DNA of 64,000 nucleotides from contig NW_018408893.1 of the NCBI RefSeq assembly GCF_002113885.1, positions 427,073 through 491,072 of the forward strand, read 5' to 3'. The notes beneath the pieces are model-generated. The model saw only the letters and a program-made list of their open reading frames with translations, made no database searches and was not told where the DNA came from. Position 1 is the first letter of the stretch, and each line of letters begins with the position of its first letter. This DNA comes from Mizuhopecten yessoensis. Lineage: Eukaryota. Below are positions 25,344 to 39,669 of this stretch, piece by piece. A program made the position numbers and the translations under genes.

Positions 25344-27883
25344 CAACACCATTACACGATAATGAAATGTTAGCAAGTTAGACAACATTATCGTTAGTTT
25401 GAGAACGTAAATTGTATTCGAATTATAATACGAAGTAAATAGTTATACAAATAATGTTCTACATTAATCAAGTGCCAATATGTCTGTGGTGAGACTATGT
25501 ATTATGTATGCATGTATACTAACTATTTACGTCATGTGTCAAGTCTTGTACTTAATCGTATGTTGAACCATTTAAGGTACGCAAGTTAATTATAAGACAC
25601 TGACTTATTGGTATCTTGATTGCGTGGTCTGCAATGAGTTTTTCGTTTTCGTTATTAATCAGTTCACCAGATTTTCTTGTGTTCATTTTAATTAATCTAC
25701 AAAAAAAAAACCGTTTTAATGCTTTTTATTGGTTCAAGTTATGAACGTGTGTTGTAAAGCCAAAGAAAGTTATTTTTACGGTGAAATTAAGGGTACAATA
25801 TTTCCTCTTTATTTGTGTGGCATTATTACATTAACCGAGTTACGTGTATATTCTTACAAGAGCATATTTAATTATTGCTGATTGTATATTACGTTTGCTT
25901 CAATATTGATGACAACTGTCTAATGTTATCAAAACAACCATAGCTTCATTGAAACAGAGAGCAAAATAAAGTTTTTAACTGAATTTTCAGGTTTGTTTCT
26001 GGTCCTTATTTGACAGGCACTTTTCTTGAATTGAAAAGAGACATTATGATAAATACCACATCTCGTGTGCGTGCAGAAAACGCTTACCTTTCTACATGTA
26101 AATCATGATGTCCTTTTAATTTGATTTCGCCTCGGTTACTTAAGTGTCTTTTGTCGTATTTGCCAAGTTCGTGAATACTTATTTTTGTATAGGTGACGGG
26201 TTTTATTTTAATGTGAATTTATACAAAACTCAATTTAAGGTTTATAAGAAACTTCCGAGATATCTTGATCGAAGTATGGCATTAACTACATGGAAATGAT
26301 CGCGGTATGGACATTTTTGCTGTTTTCGCAGTGACTAAATTAGCGCAAAAATATCAACACTTAAATATTCATTATCTTCGATTTCAGAATTATTGCCAAT
26401 ACAAAACTTTCCATACCACGAACGGTTTAAAGGGTAAAAACGGGAATATTTCCACACGCGAAAAACTCTTCTTTAATAGTAATGCCATGCAGGTGCGAGG
26501 AAAGAATGGACCTAGTTTTTCTTTCTGCATGTTATTATAGGCAACCTATGCCGGCCCCTACAGATTCGGAGGCTTTCTGCTGTGTCTTTCGCTAAGGGCA
26601 CGTAGGAAAATCTAGAGTTGGTCTGCTGCCCAATTGCAACACTAGTGATTTCTTATTTCGTTTCTTACTTCCCCTATCTTTCTTTTCGCCAAACATAATA
26701 TACTGTTTGTCTAATATATACTGATTTAATGCATTTCATTTTATTTATGTCCATAATGCCTAATGATACCGAAAATTAACTAGAGCCTTCTTTCACTCTT
26801 TGATAGTTTATATATGGGCTCACACGGACACCAGGATAAAGACGCGTTGAGTAAATCATATGCCACTGTGGATAGAGGATCATAGGAATATAGCTGGTTA
26901 CTGCTGGTTTATTTCGTACAATCCAGTATGAATATATATATCAAGACGTTAAATTAAAAAAAAAGACAGTTATTTCATCTATGTATTCGGAATCCGCAGG
27001 TTTGAGCGATGCAGTCATCTCAATATATACGACATGCAAATTGTTATATATTTTCTTGACTGATGGATACCTCATGTATCATTGTAATTTCCCCCCTGAT
27101 GAACCTCTGAAGAGGAGAAAGCGCCAGGGAAGTCAAAGAAACTCTTGTCTTTTATTTTATATATATATATATAATTTAACGTCTGACTTGACACTGATTT
27201 GGAACTCAGTCATTATCTTTGGAGCGAAATCACTATTTAAGATGACACGTTGGGATATTGACTAAACTGTATTCGAAATCCGCAGGTTTGGGCGATCCAA
27301 TTTTAGTAAACCGGAGATGTGTTATCGTTCTCTCCCCATGTTGTTACACGTCGCTGAAACAAAAGAAAAATCTATCAATTCATCGCAAATGACTTCGAAA
27401 CCTGTATTTACATACATTACATAAATATTGATATCTCAATATTTACATTCTGTATGCTTAGACCCATTGACAAAAATTACATTCATAAAATCATAACACC
27501 GGTGTTCATAGAATCTCAGCACGTGGGAACTGATAGTAACCTGATCACACTGCGTAGTAATACACTACAAAAACTACTCACTCGTAACGACCGACCTAGA
27601 TGCTTAATTCTTACATCTTAAAATATTATTGAACTGTGCTTTGTGAAATATCCACGTATTCACGTGTCCTGTGCTACAAATAAACATTGAATATGGAACT
27701 ACATTTTGTTGTGTTATTGTTGTTGACGGTTGCTAAGATCTCTCACGATAGTGTCACATTTCCCCGCGAAAAAACACTGTTCTCGCCACTGCGTTGCACC
27801 CGTGTATAAGCAGGAACAAACCCTGTTTATTTGTTTTATTCGTTGTTATATCGATCCACTGAAAGGATTCGTCAATGTAAATA

Positions 27884-28043
27884 TAAGGAATGATATTTAT
27901 TTTTTCAACATTTATGAGGTCATAACAACAATGGGTTTTTGGACATATTTTACATGAATCGCTAACGCGATTCATTCAATATGTCCATAAACCCATTGTT
28001 GTTATGACCTCATAAATGTTGAAAAAATAAAAATCATTCCTTA
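27884..28043. repeat. Long inverted repeat (hairpin)
   Basis: taaggaatgat...aatgggtttttggacatatt mirrors aatatgtccataaacccatt...atcattcctta, enclosing the inner palindrome atgaatcgc-taac-gcgattcat. Confidence 0.88.
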
Positions 28044-28729
28044 AATATATGTGATATGAAAAAGGTTTTATACTTTCTTGGCTGATGGATACTTCATGTA
28101 TCCTTATAATTTGGTTTAAAAAGATATATACGTTACTCTCATGATACTGATTCTTGACCATCAAAGCAATATCAATACTCATCACATCTTTGGCAAAGCT
28201 CTTGGCCATGATAGTCAAACGATAGCACATGTTACCGCGTATATGCCCATACACGACATTATCCATTTGATATCAGTTTCGAATACGGTGCCTTATTTTA
28301 AACTCATTATTTTTAACGTCATATAATATCGATCGACGTCACGGACAAAACATGGCAATACTTTTCATGTCTTAAGACGATACCGAGGAAAGCAAGGGCT
28401 GTCGTAATTTCGAAATAAACAAACAAAGGATGCTTCTGATATTCCCATACATGCAATTAATGGCAGGGGTTCAAGTTGTCGTGTATCGACTTTGACCTCT
28501 GAATGTGTTCTTGAGTGTTGTTACTATGGCAAAGTAGTTCTACTTCAGCTTTTAATGATCTCACTGTCTCCCACTCATTACCTTCTTATACGTGTTAAAA
28601 GTAAAATTATACTGAATATTGTGTTTATACAGTCTGTACTTGGAGGTTTATAAGATACGATAAACATGTTAAGGTAGATGACATAGCACGTGATATAAGT
28701 TACTGAATGGAAGTAATGAATAGATCGAT

Positions 28730-30705
28730 TTACCAGATTCGCATTCCACAAGGAGTGCAAACATATTCCCTGGTACTGCAAACACCGGCTTGAGAGTCGT
28801 ACACGAGACTTCCTGGACAACGTCTGACGAACGCCATGCCATACATGCACTCATAGAATCTGTCGCATGCCCCTCCTTCATCTGGAAACACCTTGAAGAA
28901 AACTCCCTTAGGACAGTTTGGGAGAAGGCCGCCATCGTTATGTGGGATGTCGTGAACACTCCAACATGAACCACTTGTCCCTAGTCCCCCATTCTCGTAG
29001 AAAATCATTCTCTCTCCAAATCTGTCGTTTTCACAGTTTTCCCTGGCCACTAGTCGATCGTTGAAACACACTATAAAATTCGAGCGGTTGAATGTAGTGA
29101 CGTCAGCATGAGGGCCGTTGGGTTGTCCTTTACAACTTGGATATCGCTCAGCGCACGTCGAGCAAATCTCTGAGGAATGACATTCGCTGCTTCTCTGGTA
29201 GTCACCTACATAAATACGAAAACATCAAATCTATATAAATGACACCGCCATTTTGATTATTATTTGAGGACGACATGATGTATATTGCTTCTTCAATTGT
29301 TTTACACTGTGTCTGTTAACACTATTGTCGCGAATCAGGAAAACATTTTCCATTAATTATGAAACACACCGTCTGCCTATACATATCACCTCCGAATCGC
29401 CCTTAAACAAGGAAAACAGTCTAAGAACAGTGCAGTAAGGCAACAACTCAGATTTAAATAACATGATGACAAAACTACAACTCCTTCCCGATCACCGTAA
29501 ACTTTATCGTGGCCAATCGCATTACTCACACGTATCAACAGGTTCCCGTCTGTTACCGCAGGCCACGTTCAAAAAGCTTTCGCACTGTTTGGTGACATTA
29601 GAAAAGAGCTTCGGATATTCACATTCCCGGAGGACGCCATCGTCAGGTTCTATCCCTGTGTGATTAGTGGTATTTTGAATGGCGCAGTCATAGTACAATT
29701 GACAGTCCGATTCGTGAGGAACAGCAGACTGACCATCAACACACGTAACGCGTACAGCATGATCTGGCGTGACTGATGCTACGAAACACAGAGAATGTCT
29801 ATGAACATATGCATCAATGAATTATGCCTTATCAATTTTAATAGTCCCAAAAAACAAATGTGTTTTTTGCAGGTCAGTATGCAAATTATTTATTTCGTAA
29901 TTTTTATCTTCGACACAAGGTAATTTCTCAAGTCAGCAGGAAAATATAGGGTAGATCGGAATACCTGAAACACATGCTATTTTTGCCTTACTTTCCTGGT
30001 GAATCATAATACAGTGATATAAACAGTTTTCAGATCATTCAATACAAAGTTCTATATGTCGCAATGTGAGAGGATACTGATGTGTCCCTTTATTATTATT
30101 TATCTCTTCGTTTACATATTTGATAAAATCAATAATATTTTGTCTTTTTTCAGCTGTTCTGTGAAAAGTTAGTTACCTTGGTAAAATTTAAAAAAGACAA
30201 CAAAAAACAACATATTTACAGTAATAATTAGGAATGAATAATCCGAACTCTTAAACATTAAAAACACCCAATTATAGAATAACTGGTCACCTTGAAGAAA
30301 CAATGGATATTCTAATTATCCCTGTGGCGAAGCACAAGCATGTCCAGTTGTTTTATTGAATAGGTTCGTTAATTCTGGGTGAAATACAACCTATCTTTAT
30401 TGCTACAGTATAATTGTGTTGGCCTTACGTTTGTCCAGAGCTATTCTGGATGATGAACAGTCGTCATGCTCATTTCCCTGCCAAACACACATGTCCAGTG
30501 CCTTGCTGAAGACCAGGTTTTGGCCGCATGTAAACACTGGCTCATTGGACAACCGTCCCCCAACACAGCGCCACACCTTCTTACAGCCAGCGTCCGTGAC
30601 GTAGCTGGCGGTGTCACCGACACACACGGGTAGCGTCTCGGTGGTAGCCTTACCCAGTGACACGTGCATAGACAGTAACAACAGAAAGCATCGATTAAAG
30701 TTCAT
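28730..30705 (-). CDS. Secreted cysteine-rich protein with multiple chitin-binding type-2 (peritrophin-A/CBM14) domains, 333 aa, three exons
   Basis: Exons 30705-30429, 29778-29530 and 29205-28730 joined by phase-1 GT-AG introns (1002 nt). Signal peptide MNFNRCFLLLLSMHVSLG. Cys modules: CKKVWRC..CGQNLVFSKALDMC; PHESDCQLYYDC..ECEYPKLFSNVTKQC; PSCKGQPNG..FIVCFNDR; CDRFYECMYG..RRCPGSLVYDSQAGVC. Confidence 0.88.
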
Positions 30706-33700
30706 GTTGTATCGTGTTAATCCAAAACTAATGGTGAACTAACAGAAATCTAAATCGTATGTTCTGATGATGTTACATTTACATCCCATGTATCACTCTC
30801 TCACATTTTCCTCCGTTTATGTTCTTAGTTTTGTGTGTATGTTAGTTTTAATACTGTACCAGTTGTTTACATGTTGTGACACAGGTCTGCAGGGGCAGTT
30901 GGGTTTAGTGTCATAAAGGTAAGCATTGATATCAGATCACAAATACCAATAAACCTGTCTTAATCCTTACGGTGGAGAGCCTGCCTTAAAACAATACTGA
31001 GGTAGAGATTGTGCGATGACCACCAGCGTGAAAGCTGGACTCGGGCGGCCAAGATAGTCATGCCTGAGTGACCTACGGCTACCAGTTCATGCGTAGGAGT
31101 CCTGACCGTATTAAAGTAACCCTACCTTAACAGTAGTATTACAATCAAACCTGTTTACGTTGACAACAACAAAACATTCGATTGCACCAATACCCGTTTT
31201 GTGTCTATGTTTCATGCATAATGTTATACAATCTACGCGGAATTCTTTGAGGAATAAGTACTAGTCATCACTTAAAATGACTTATTTCTGTAATAATTTT
31301 GTTAATATCTGTCTACGATGGAATGCAAAATATTAAAGTTACATCACTTTTAGTGCAATGTGAATATCGACAATAACATATCTTACTTCAGGGAATATCT
31401 TTCTGAGGAAAAATGCTAGGAGTTCGCATTTGCCAAATCATTTATCAATGATACAGTAAGATTTTCCTCGGATCAACAGTATTCATACATAGTGTTTTTC
31501 CGTTAAAATTATAATCGCCTTAAGATAGATGACAAGTGTTTTGACATAGAATTTGGTGGTCATGAGATATGACGGTAAATGTAGTCTGTTACGTTATCTC
31601 AACTTATTCTATATATTAAATCATAGTTATAAGTTAAAATTTTTCTCTACCAATACGTCCTTTTACTTGAAAGTTTTACAGAAGGAGATTTCATAATTTA
31701 CCTTATACATAGCTAAACTATACATGTGCAAACCATCTCGTAGTTATTTCCCTTTGAAAGGTGCATATTTATCTGTTAACAGATTATCTATCCGCAGAAA
31801 GTGTTAACGACAGTCATGCTCTTATCTCAGTACTCAGAATCTACAAAGAGCACGGCAGTCATACAGAATCAAATCCTCAGACTGGCCGCTGTTATGTTGT
31901 CAATCATGAATTCTACAGGATTCTGGCATTTCTGGTGAATGTGGTTTTAGTAGACAATGATACGGTCCTTCACGAATTGTGATGTTCTTGGCCGAAATTA
32001 ATATCGGTTCAAAATTGACATAAGTTGGAAGCTGCTACATTGTGCAGACATCACATATAATTACTGAGTCTTTACTGTGTATACTGTACCTGGTGTATAA
32101 CTTTGAGTAATAGAATCATCCTCTATCTTGAGTGTGTGACAGAGAAATCTTGAACCCAAGGGATGATTGTTTGGTTGTCTAACCTAGGTTCTAAAACGGG
32201 AGATACTCCAATGAAGATTTGGAGACTCAAATGTTAGATTATTGAAGTTGAGTACAAGGCTTTGCTGAATTCCTTACTTCAAAGTCGCATCCCGAGGGTT
32301 GAGTCTTCTATCATACAGACGTGATTGTTTATTGTTCCCCAACACTTTTCTATCGTAACAATAACATGAAACGCCTAGAACCAAATCACTCACTGTGCCA
32401 TCGTCAAGGGCACATGCAATATATGACGGACAATTGATGACGCTACCTTGGTCACATTGCATAAAGATATGACGCGATGGTGACGTTTTTAAAACAAAAG
32501 TGAATGTGAGCTGCCTTTCCATAGGTTGGTAAAGACAAATAAGTAGTTTCCCTCGTAAAAATGTAATTACGCGTGTGAAGTGTGGGAAACAAGTATCTAT
32601 AGATCTAAAATAATGAATCCATCATGGCCATCCTAAATATATGCTGACATCGGAGGATGGATATGTAACTCGAGCATTATTATAACGTTACTACGATGTC
32701 TTTATAATGTCCAGTAGCAAGACCAGTATCATTGAAATAATGATAGATTTATGACGTGAAAACGTGACTTGCGTGAGCTGAAGGAAATACCCTAATCGGT
32801 GTTTTTCATGAAACATGTTTTTCACATGAAACGATTACTCATCTGTTTTCATTAATTTAAAGAAATATTAACACATACAGTTTATGATTTATTTTTTACT
32901 TTATAACAATGTTAATTCTCTAACCATTCCCTGAATTTATTTTGGTACACAATGAACCTATCCATCTATACATAACATATTGTAATACCAAACCGAGTTC
33001 ATTTGACATCACATACGTGCACGTCACTGTTGCTTTTGTCCTTGGCCTGCTTTTTGTTTTTGTTTTCCCGATAAGATCCACTGACATGACCACCTTTTCT
33101 TGAGGATATCATAATGTCATAGATAAAAACCTATAAATATCAAACTTCACAGATAAATATGTTTACAGTAAATTTGAAAAGCCAATGTTTAAGACTCCAG
33201 AAAAATAAGAATGCAAAACGCGTTTGAGGGCCACAGGTAAACTAGAGGACTAGAGACCTTGTGTGAACAAAACAAAAAGATCTAAGATTCCTGTGTAAAA
33301 GCCAAGATCTCAGGGTCTCATCTGTACTATCTGAGGTCGACTGGTTATCAGCCCCTAAGTTTTTATGAAGAATTTCTCAACTGCATTTTACTTCTAGCTT
33401 ATCTCCCCCTAGTTTAGAACTTAGATTCTCTAGAATCATACATTCAAGTGATCAAACTGTTACTTTGTTTTCTTAATAATTCAATATTTTAGAGACGGGG
33501 GCCAGTCTACATATGAGAGAACAGCCGGTTTCTTGCTGGTAGATTGATCCAATACTGATTGTATCTCATGCGGATAACTAATACAATATCACAAGCATGA
33601 TTTATTTACAAACATACATATCTTGTGAATTGTAAGTAGAAAACAAAGGTATACCATAACAGGTCCAGAACACGAACGTACGTACGAACGTAAGATTCCA

Positions 33701-34329
33701 TTCTTTAAAACTGAAATAAAATGTAAATGTTAATATTGAAGTTTTTCATGTACGCTACTACTGACTAGTCTCGAATATCTTTTATCTAAATTTGGTAAAC
33801 AAAATTTCAGTTGACCAATATGTATGCATTAGATTTGAGAAGGATAGGTTAAGCGGTTGTAAACGACAATTTGATTACAACGTTCCCGGACAAAACACCG
33901 ACATCACATACACCTTACAGGTCGCCATAGTACGCCTGTAATTGAATCGAGCTCAATAACATACCTTTCTCTCAATAACAGATGTCAACACTTAGAATTT
34001 TATCTAACGCCAATTAAAACATTGATAGGATCGTGGTATTTAAAGGAGTGTACATGTTGTGTCCATCGACCATTTGAGTAAATTGAGAACAGGCGGAGTC
34101 CTGTCCTGATAGCCACGGGATATTAGGCCATGGTTTACACCTCTCAATGCCTACGTTAAACGACTTGGAACGACTTTCTTCTGATTCATCATGATCAAAC
34201 ATTACGTTCATCATAACAAGATACCTTTTTTTTTGCAACGCGTTCCTCTCAATTAGTCTTCACCCGATTCAACTACCTTAATTTGTGCTTGAAATTCACC
34301 CTTGCGTTATACAGTGCAGAAAATATTTC

Positions 34330-37300
34330 AGTACGCTAACCTAATTCAGTATTTTAGTACTCCAGATATTCAGATCATTAGCGAATCGCAGTACAGTACT
34401 TGCCAATGACAAAGTGTATTTTCAGTACACTTACAACACACAGTGTTCAGTACACTAGCAACACTCAGTATTTCAGTACACTAACAACATTCAGAATTTC
34501 AGTACACTAACGACATTCAGAAATTCAGTACACTAACAACACTCAGTATTTCTGTACACTAACAACACTCAGTATTTCAGTATACTAACAACGCTCAGTA
34601 TTTCACTACACTAACAACACACAGTGTTCTGTACACTAACTACACACAGTATTTCAGTACACTATCAACATTCAGTATTTCAGTACAATGAAAACACTCA
34701 GTATTTCAGTACATTAACAACATTCAGTATTTCAGTACACTAACAACATTCAGAATTTCAGTACACTAACAACATTCAGAATTTCAGTACACTAACAACA
34801 CTCAGTATTTCAGTACACTAACAACACTCAGTATTTCTCTGTACACCAACGACACTCGGTATTTCAGTACATTAATAACATTCAGTATTTCTCTGTACAC
34901 CAACGACACTCGGTATTTCAATACATTAATAACATTCAGTATTTCAGTACGCTAACAACATTCAGAATTTCGGTACACTAACAACACTCAGTATTTCAGT
35001 ACGCTAACAACACTCAGTATTTCTCTGGACACCAACGACACTCGGTATTTCAATACATTAATAACATTCAGTATTTCTCTGTACACCAACGACACTCGGT
35101 ATTTCAGTACATTAACAACATTCAGTATTTCCGTACACTAACAACATTCAGAATATCAGTACACTAACAACACTCAGTATTTAAGTACACTAACAACACT
35201 CAGTATTTAAGTACACTAACAACACTCAGTATTTGTCTGTACACCAACGACACTCGGTATTTCAGTACATTAATAAAATTCAGTATTTCTCTGTACACCA
35301 ACGACACTCGGTATTTCAGTACATTAACAAGATTCAGTATTTCAGTACACGTAGAACACTCAGTATTTCAGTATACTAACAACGCTCAGTATTTCACTAC
35401 ACTAACAACATTCAGTATTGCAGTACACTAACAACATTCAGACTTTCAGTACACTAACAACAATCAGTATTTCAGTACACTGACAACCCACAGTATTTCA
35501 GTACATTAACAACATTCGGTATTTCAGTACACTAACACCATTCAGCATTTCAGTACACTAACAACGTTCAGAATTTCAGTACACTAAGAGCATTCAGTAT
35601 TTCAGTACCCTTACAACACTCAGTATTCAAGTACAACCAAACACTCAGTATCTCTGTACTCCAACAACATTCAGTATTTCCGTACACTTAGAACACTCAG
35701 TATTTCAGTATACTAACAACATTCAGTATTTTAGTACACTAACAACATTCAGAATATCAGTACACTAACAACACTCCGTATTTCAGTACACTAACATCAT
35801 TCAGAATTTCAGTACACTGACAACCCACAGTATTTCAGTACATTAACAAGATTCAGTATTTTAGTACACTTACAACACTCAGTAATCCAGAACACTATTA
35901 ACACTTAGTATTCAAGTACAACCAAACACTCAGTATCTCTGTACTCCAACAACATTCAGTATTTCGGTACACTAACAACATTCAGACTTTCAGTACACTA
36001 ACAACATACAGAATTTCAGTACACTAACACCATTCAGTATTTCAGTTCACTTACAACACTCAGTATTTCAGTACATTCACAACATTCAGTATTTCAGTAC
36101 GCTAACAACATTCAGAATTTCGGTACACTAACAACATTCAGTATTGCAGTACACTAACAACATTCAGTACATCAGTACACTAACAACATTCATAATTTCA
36201 GTACACTAACAACGTTCAGAATTTCAGTACACTAACGACATTCAGTATTTCAGTACACCGACAACACACAGTATTTCAGTACATTAATAAAATTCAGTAT
36301 TTCTCTGTACACCAACGACACACGGGATTTCAGTACATTAACAACATTCACTAACAACATTCAGAATTCCAGTACACTAACAACATTCAGTATTCCAGTA
36401 CAATAACAACATTCAGAATTTCGGTACACTAACAACATTCAGACTTTCAGTACACTAACAACATCCAGAATTTCAGTACACTAAGAGCATTCAGTATTTC
36501 AGTACCCTGACAACACACAGTATTTCAGTACACTATCAACATTCAGTATTTCAGTACAGTAACAACATTCAGAATTTCGGTACACTAACAACACTCAGTA
36601 TTTGTCTGTACACCAACGACACTCGGTATTTCAGTACATTAACAAGATTCAGTATTTTAGTACACTAACAACATTCATAATTTCAGTACACTAACAACAC
36701 TCAGTATTTCAGTACGCTAACAACATTCACAATTTCAGTACACTAACAACAATCAGTATTTCAGTACACTAACGACATTCAGAAATTCAGTACACTAACA
36801 ACATACAGAATTTCAGTACACTAACGACATTCAGAAATTCAGTACACTAACAACACTCCGTATTTCAGTACACTAACAGCATTCAGAATTTCAGTACACC
36901 AACAACACTCAGTATTTCAGTATACTAACAACGCTCAGTATTTCACTACACTAACAACATTCAGAATTCCAGTACACTAACAACATTCAGAATTCCAGTA
37001 CACTAACAACATTCATAATTTCAGTACACTAACAACCCTCAGTATTTCTCTGTACACCAACGACACTCGGTATTTCAATACATTAATAACATTCAGTATT
37101 TCTCTGTACACCAACGACACTCGGTATTTCAATACATTAATAACATTCAGTATTTCTCTGTACACCAACGACACTCGGTATTTCAGTACATTAATAAAAT
37201 TCAGTATTTCTCTGTACACCAACGACACTCGGTATTTCAATACATTAATAACATTCAGTATTTCAGTACGCTAACAACACTCAGTATTTAAGTACACTAA

Positions 37301-38425
37301 CAACACTCAGTATTTAAGTACACTAACAACACTCAGTATTTGTCTGTACACCAACGACACTCGGTATTTCAATACATTAATAACATTCAGTATTTCTCTG
37401 TACACCAACGACACACGGTATTTCAGTACATTAACAAGATTCAGTATTTCAGTACACGTAGAACACTCAGTATTTCAGTATACTAACAACATTCAGAATT
37501 TCGGTACACTAACAACACTCAGTATTTGTCTGTACACCAACGACACTCGGTATTTCAGTACATTAACAAGATTCAGTATTTTAGTACACTAACAACATTC
37601 ATAATTTCAGTACACTAACAACGTTCAGAATTTCAGTACACTAGCAACATTCAGAATTTCAGTGCACTAACAACATTCAGTATTCCAGTACGCTAACAAC
37701 AATCAGAACTTCATTACAGTACCAACATTCAGTATTTCAGTTCACTAACAACATTCAGTATTGCAGTACACTAACAACATTCAGTACTTCAGTACACTAA
37801 CAACATACAGAATTTCAGTACACTAACGACATTCAGAAATTCAGTACACTAACAACATTTAGTATTTCAGTACACTAACGACATTCAGTATTTCAGTACA
37901 GTAACAACATTCAGAATTTCGGTACACTAACAACATTCAGACTTTCAGTACACTAACAACACTCCGTATTTCAGTACACTAACACCATTCAGCATTTCAG
38001 TACACTAACAACGTTCAGAATTTCAGTACACTGACAACATTCAGTATTTCAGGACACTAACAACATTCAGTATTGCAGTACACTAACAACATTCAGTATT
38101 TCAGTACACTTACAACACTCAGTATTCCAGAACACTATTAACACTCAGTATTCCAGTACAACCAAACACTCAGAATTTCAGTACACTATTAACACTCAGT
38201 ATTTCAGTACACTATTAACACTCAGTATTCCAGTACAACCAAACACTCAGTATTTCAGTACACTTACAACACTCAGTATTCCAGTACAACCAAACACTCA
38301 GTATTTCAGTACACTATTAACACTCAGTATTTCAGTACACTATTAACACTCAGTATTCCAGTACAACCAAACACCAAACAGTTTTTCAGTACACTTACGA
38401 AACTATGCATTTCAGTACACTAGCT
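34330..38425. repeat. Satellite array, 26-bp monomer (TCAGTATTTCAGTACACTAACAACAY), about 4 kb
   Basis: Continuous diverged head-to-tail copies. A 28-bp variant (tcagtatttctctgtacaccaacgacac) is usually followed by a specific 26-bp variant (tcggtatttca.tacattaa), forming a 54-bp dimer. Confidence 0.97.
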
Positions 38426-39669
38426 AAAAATGTACACACCGTTTTTCAGTTAGATAACAATAATCGTTATTTCATTAATTATTTGTGTTACACTAGCGAC
38501 ACCATCTGCTGTCGAATCTGTGATTTTATGATGTTTCAGCCGCAAGGTGTCGCCATTTTTTTCTATTTTTCATTCATGACATTTTATCGATTTAATGCAA
38601 TCGCCTTGTAAAATTCATAAAATATGCGTCATGTCATCTTTTATCATAATTTTTATTCATGATCTTTTTGATTTTCCAGACATTTCCAATATTTCTATCA
38701 ACTTCTGTTCTGACGCATTAGATACTTAGGAGTACATTTTTAATTGTATATAAATGTTAGCAGTTTCAAGCTTTGTTCGCTAATTTATGTCCACCGCTTA
38801 AATTAGACCATAAAGTTCATGCTAGTCATTCCAAAAAACGCAAGATTTCACAGAACAGTTAATGACAACTCACTCGCATACATATATGTAAAATAAAAAA
38901 CCACGTAATTCCTGACTTGTCGATGTTATAGGTTTTGTTCCCATATACCCGCTGTACATCAAGTGTATAAATGTCATAGCCTATTTCAGAAAATGAATTT
39001 GCCCTCATAAATGGATATAAGTACTGTAATGCTGCTATTTAAGGTAATAGGATTGTGTCGCCATTTCTCAGTAGAATTTCTTCAAATTTTGTAGCTATAT
39101 TGCTTTGAAGTAGAGAAAAGTTTCTGCCACCAAAAATATAGGTTGTCAGAATTTTTTAAAGATTTCAAATGGAAATTTATGTAAAAATTAGTGAATTTTG
39201 AAAAAAAAATGAAACACACATTTCTTTGCAAAATAATGTCAATAAAAATGATATTGACATACATTAGTATTGCATTTATGTATATCAATTTCATAAATGC
39301 TGAAATTGTGTAAAATTAATTATCTATAAACAATTAAAAATTGACATTTTATAATAAAACCATATACACATAGTAATTGCATGTAAGAGTTATCGTTCTT
39401 GAAATAGGTAGCCGGTTTCCTGAAGTACAGAAAAATGGACACATGTGACTTATTGATTAAAAAAACAACTGAATTAATGCCTGGATTGCTTTAAAATACT
39501 TTAATATTGAAAGAACACACTGTTCTGTCAATAAACAACATACAATATTCATCAGTTTAATATTAAACATTAGAATATGCGGAAATTGTGATACTGTCTC
39601 CCTACATTGGGTTTTCAACTAGGGATGTACTTCCTATTTCCGCTTAGCAATACACTCCTATGACCTTAA

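Noticed and set aside
26480-26690. Possible HDV/CPEB3-like ribozyme (ggcccctacagattc...ttctgctg)
   Set aside because: It resembles only the 3' half. I could not find the matching P1/P2 5' strands, the P3-L3 element or the catalytic J4/2 in the right order. Probably part of a repeat.
34330-38425. CRISPR-like regular repeats, and ORF 37013-37240 with an 18-aa repeat
   Set aside because: There are no unique spacers or cas genes, and the context is eukaryotic. The peptide repeat is just the 54-bp satellite dimer read in frame.
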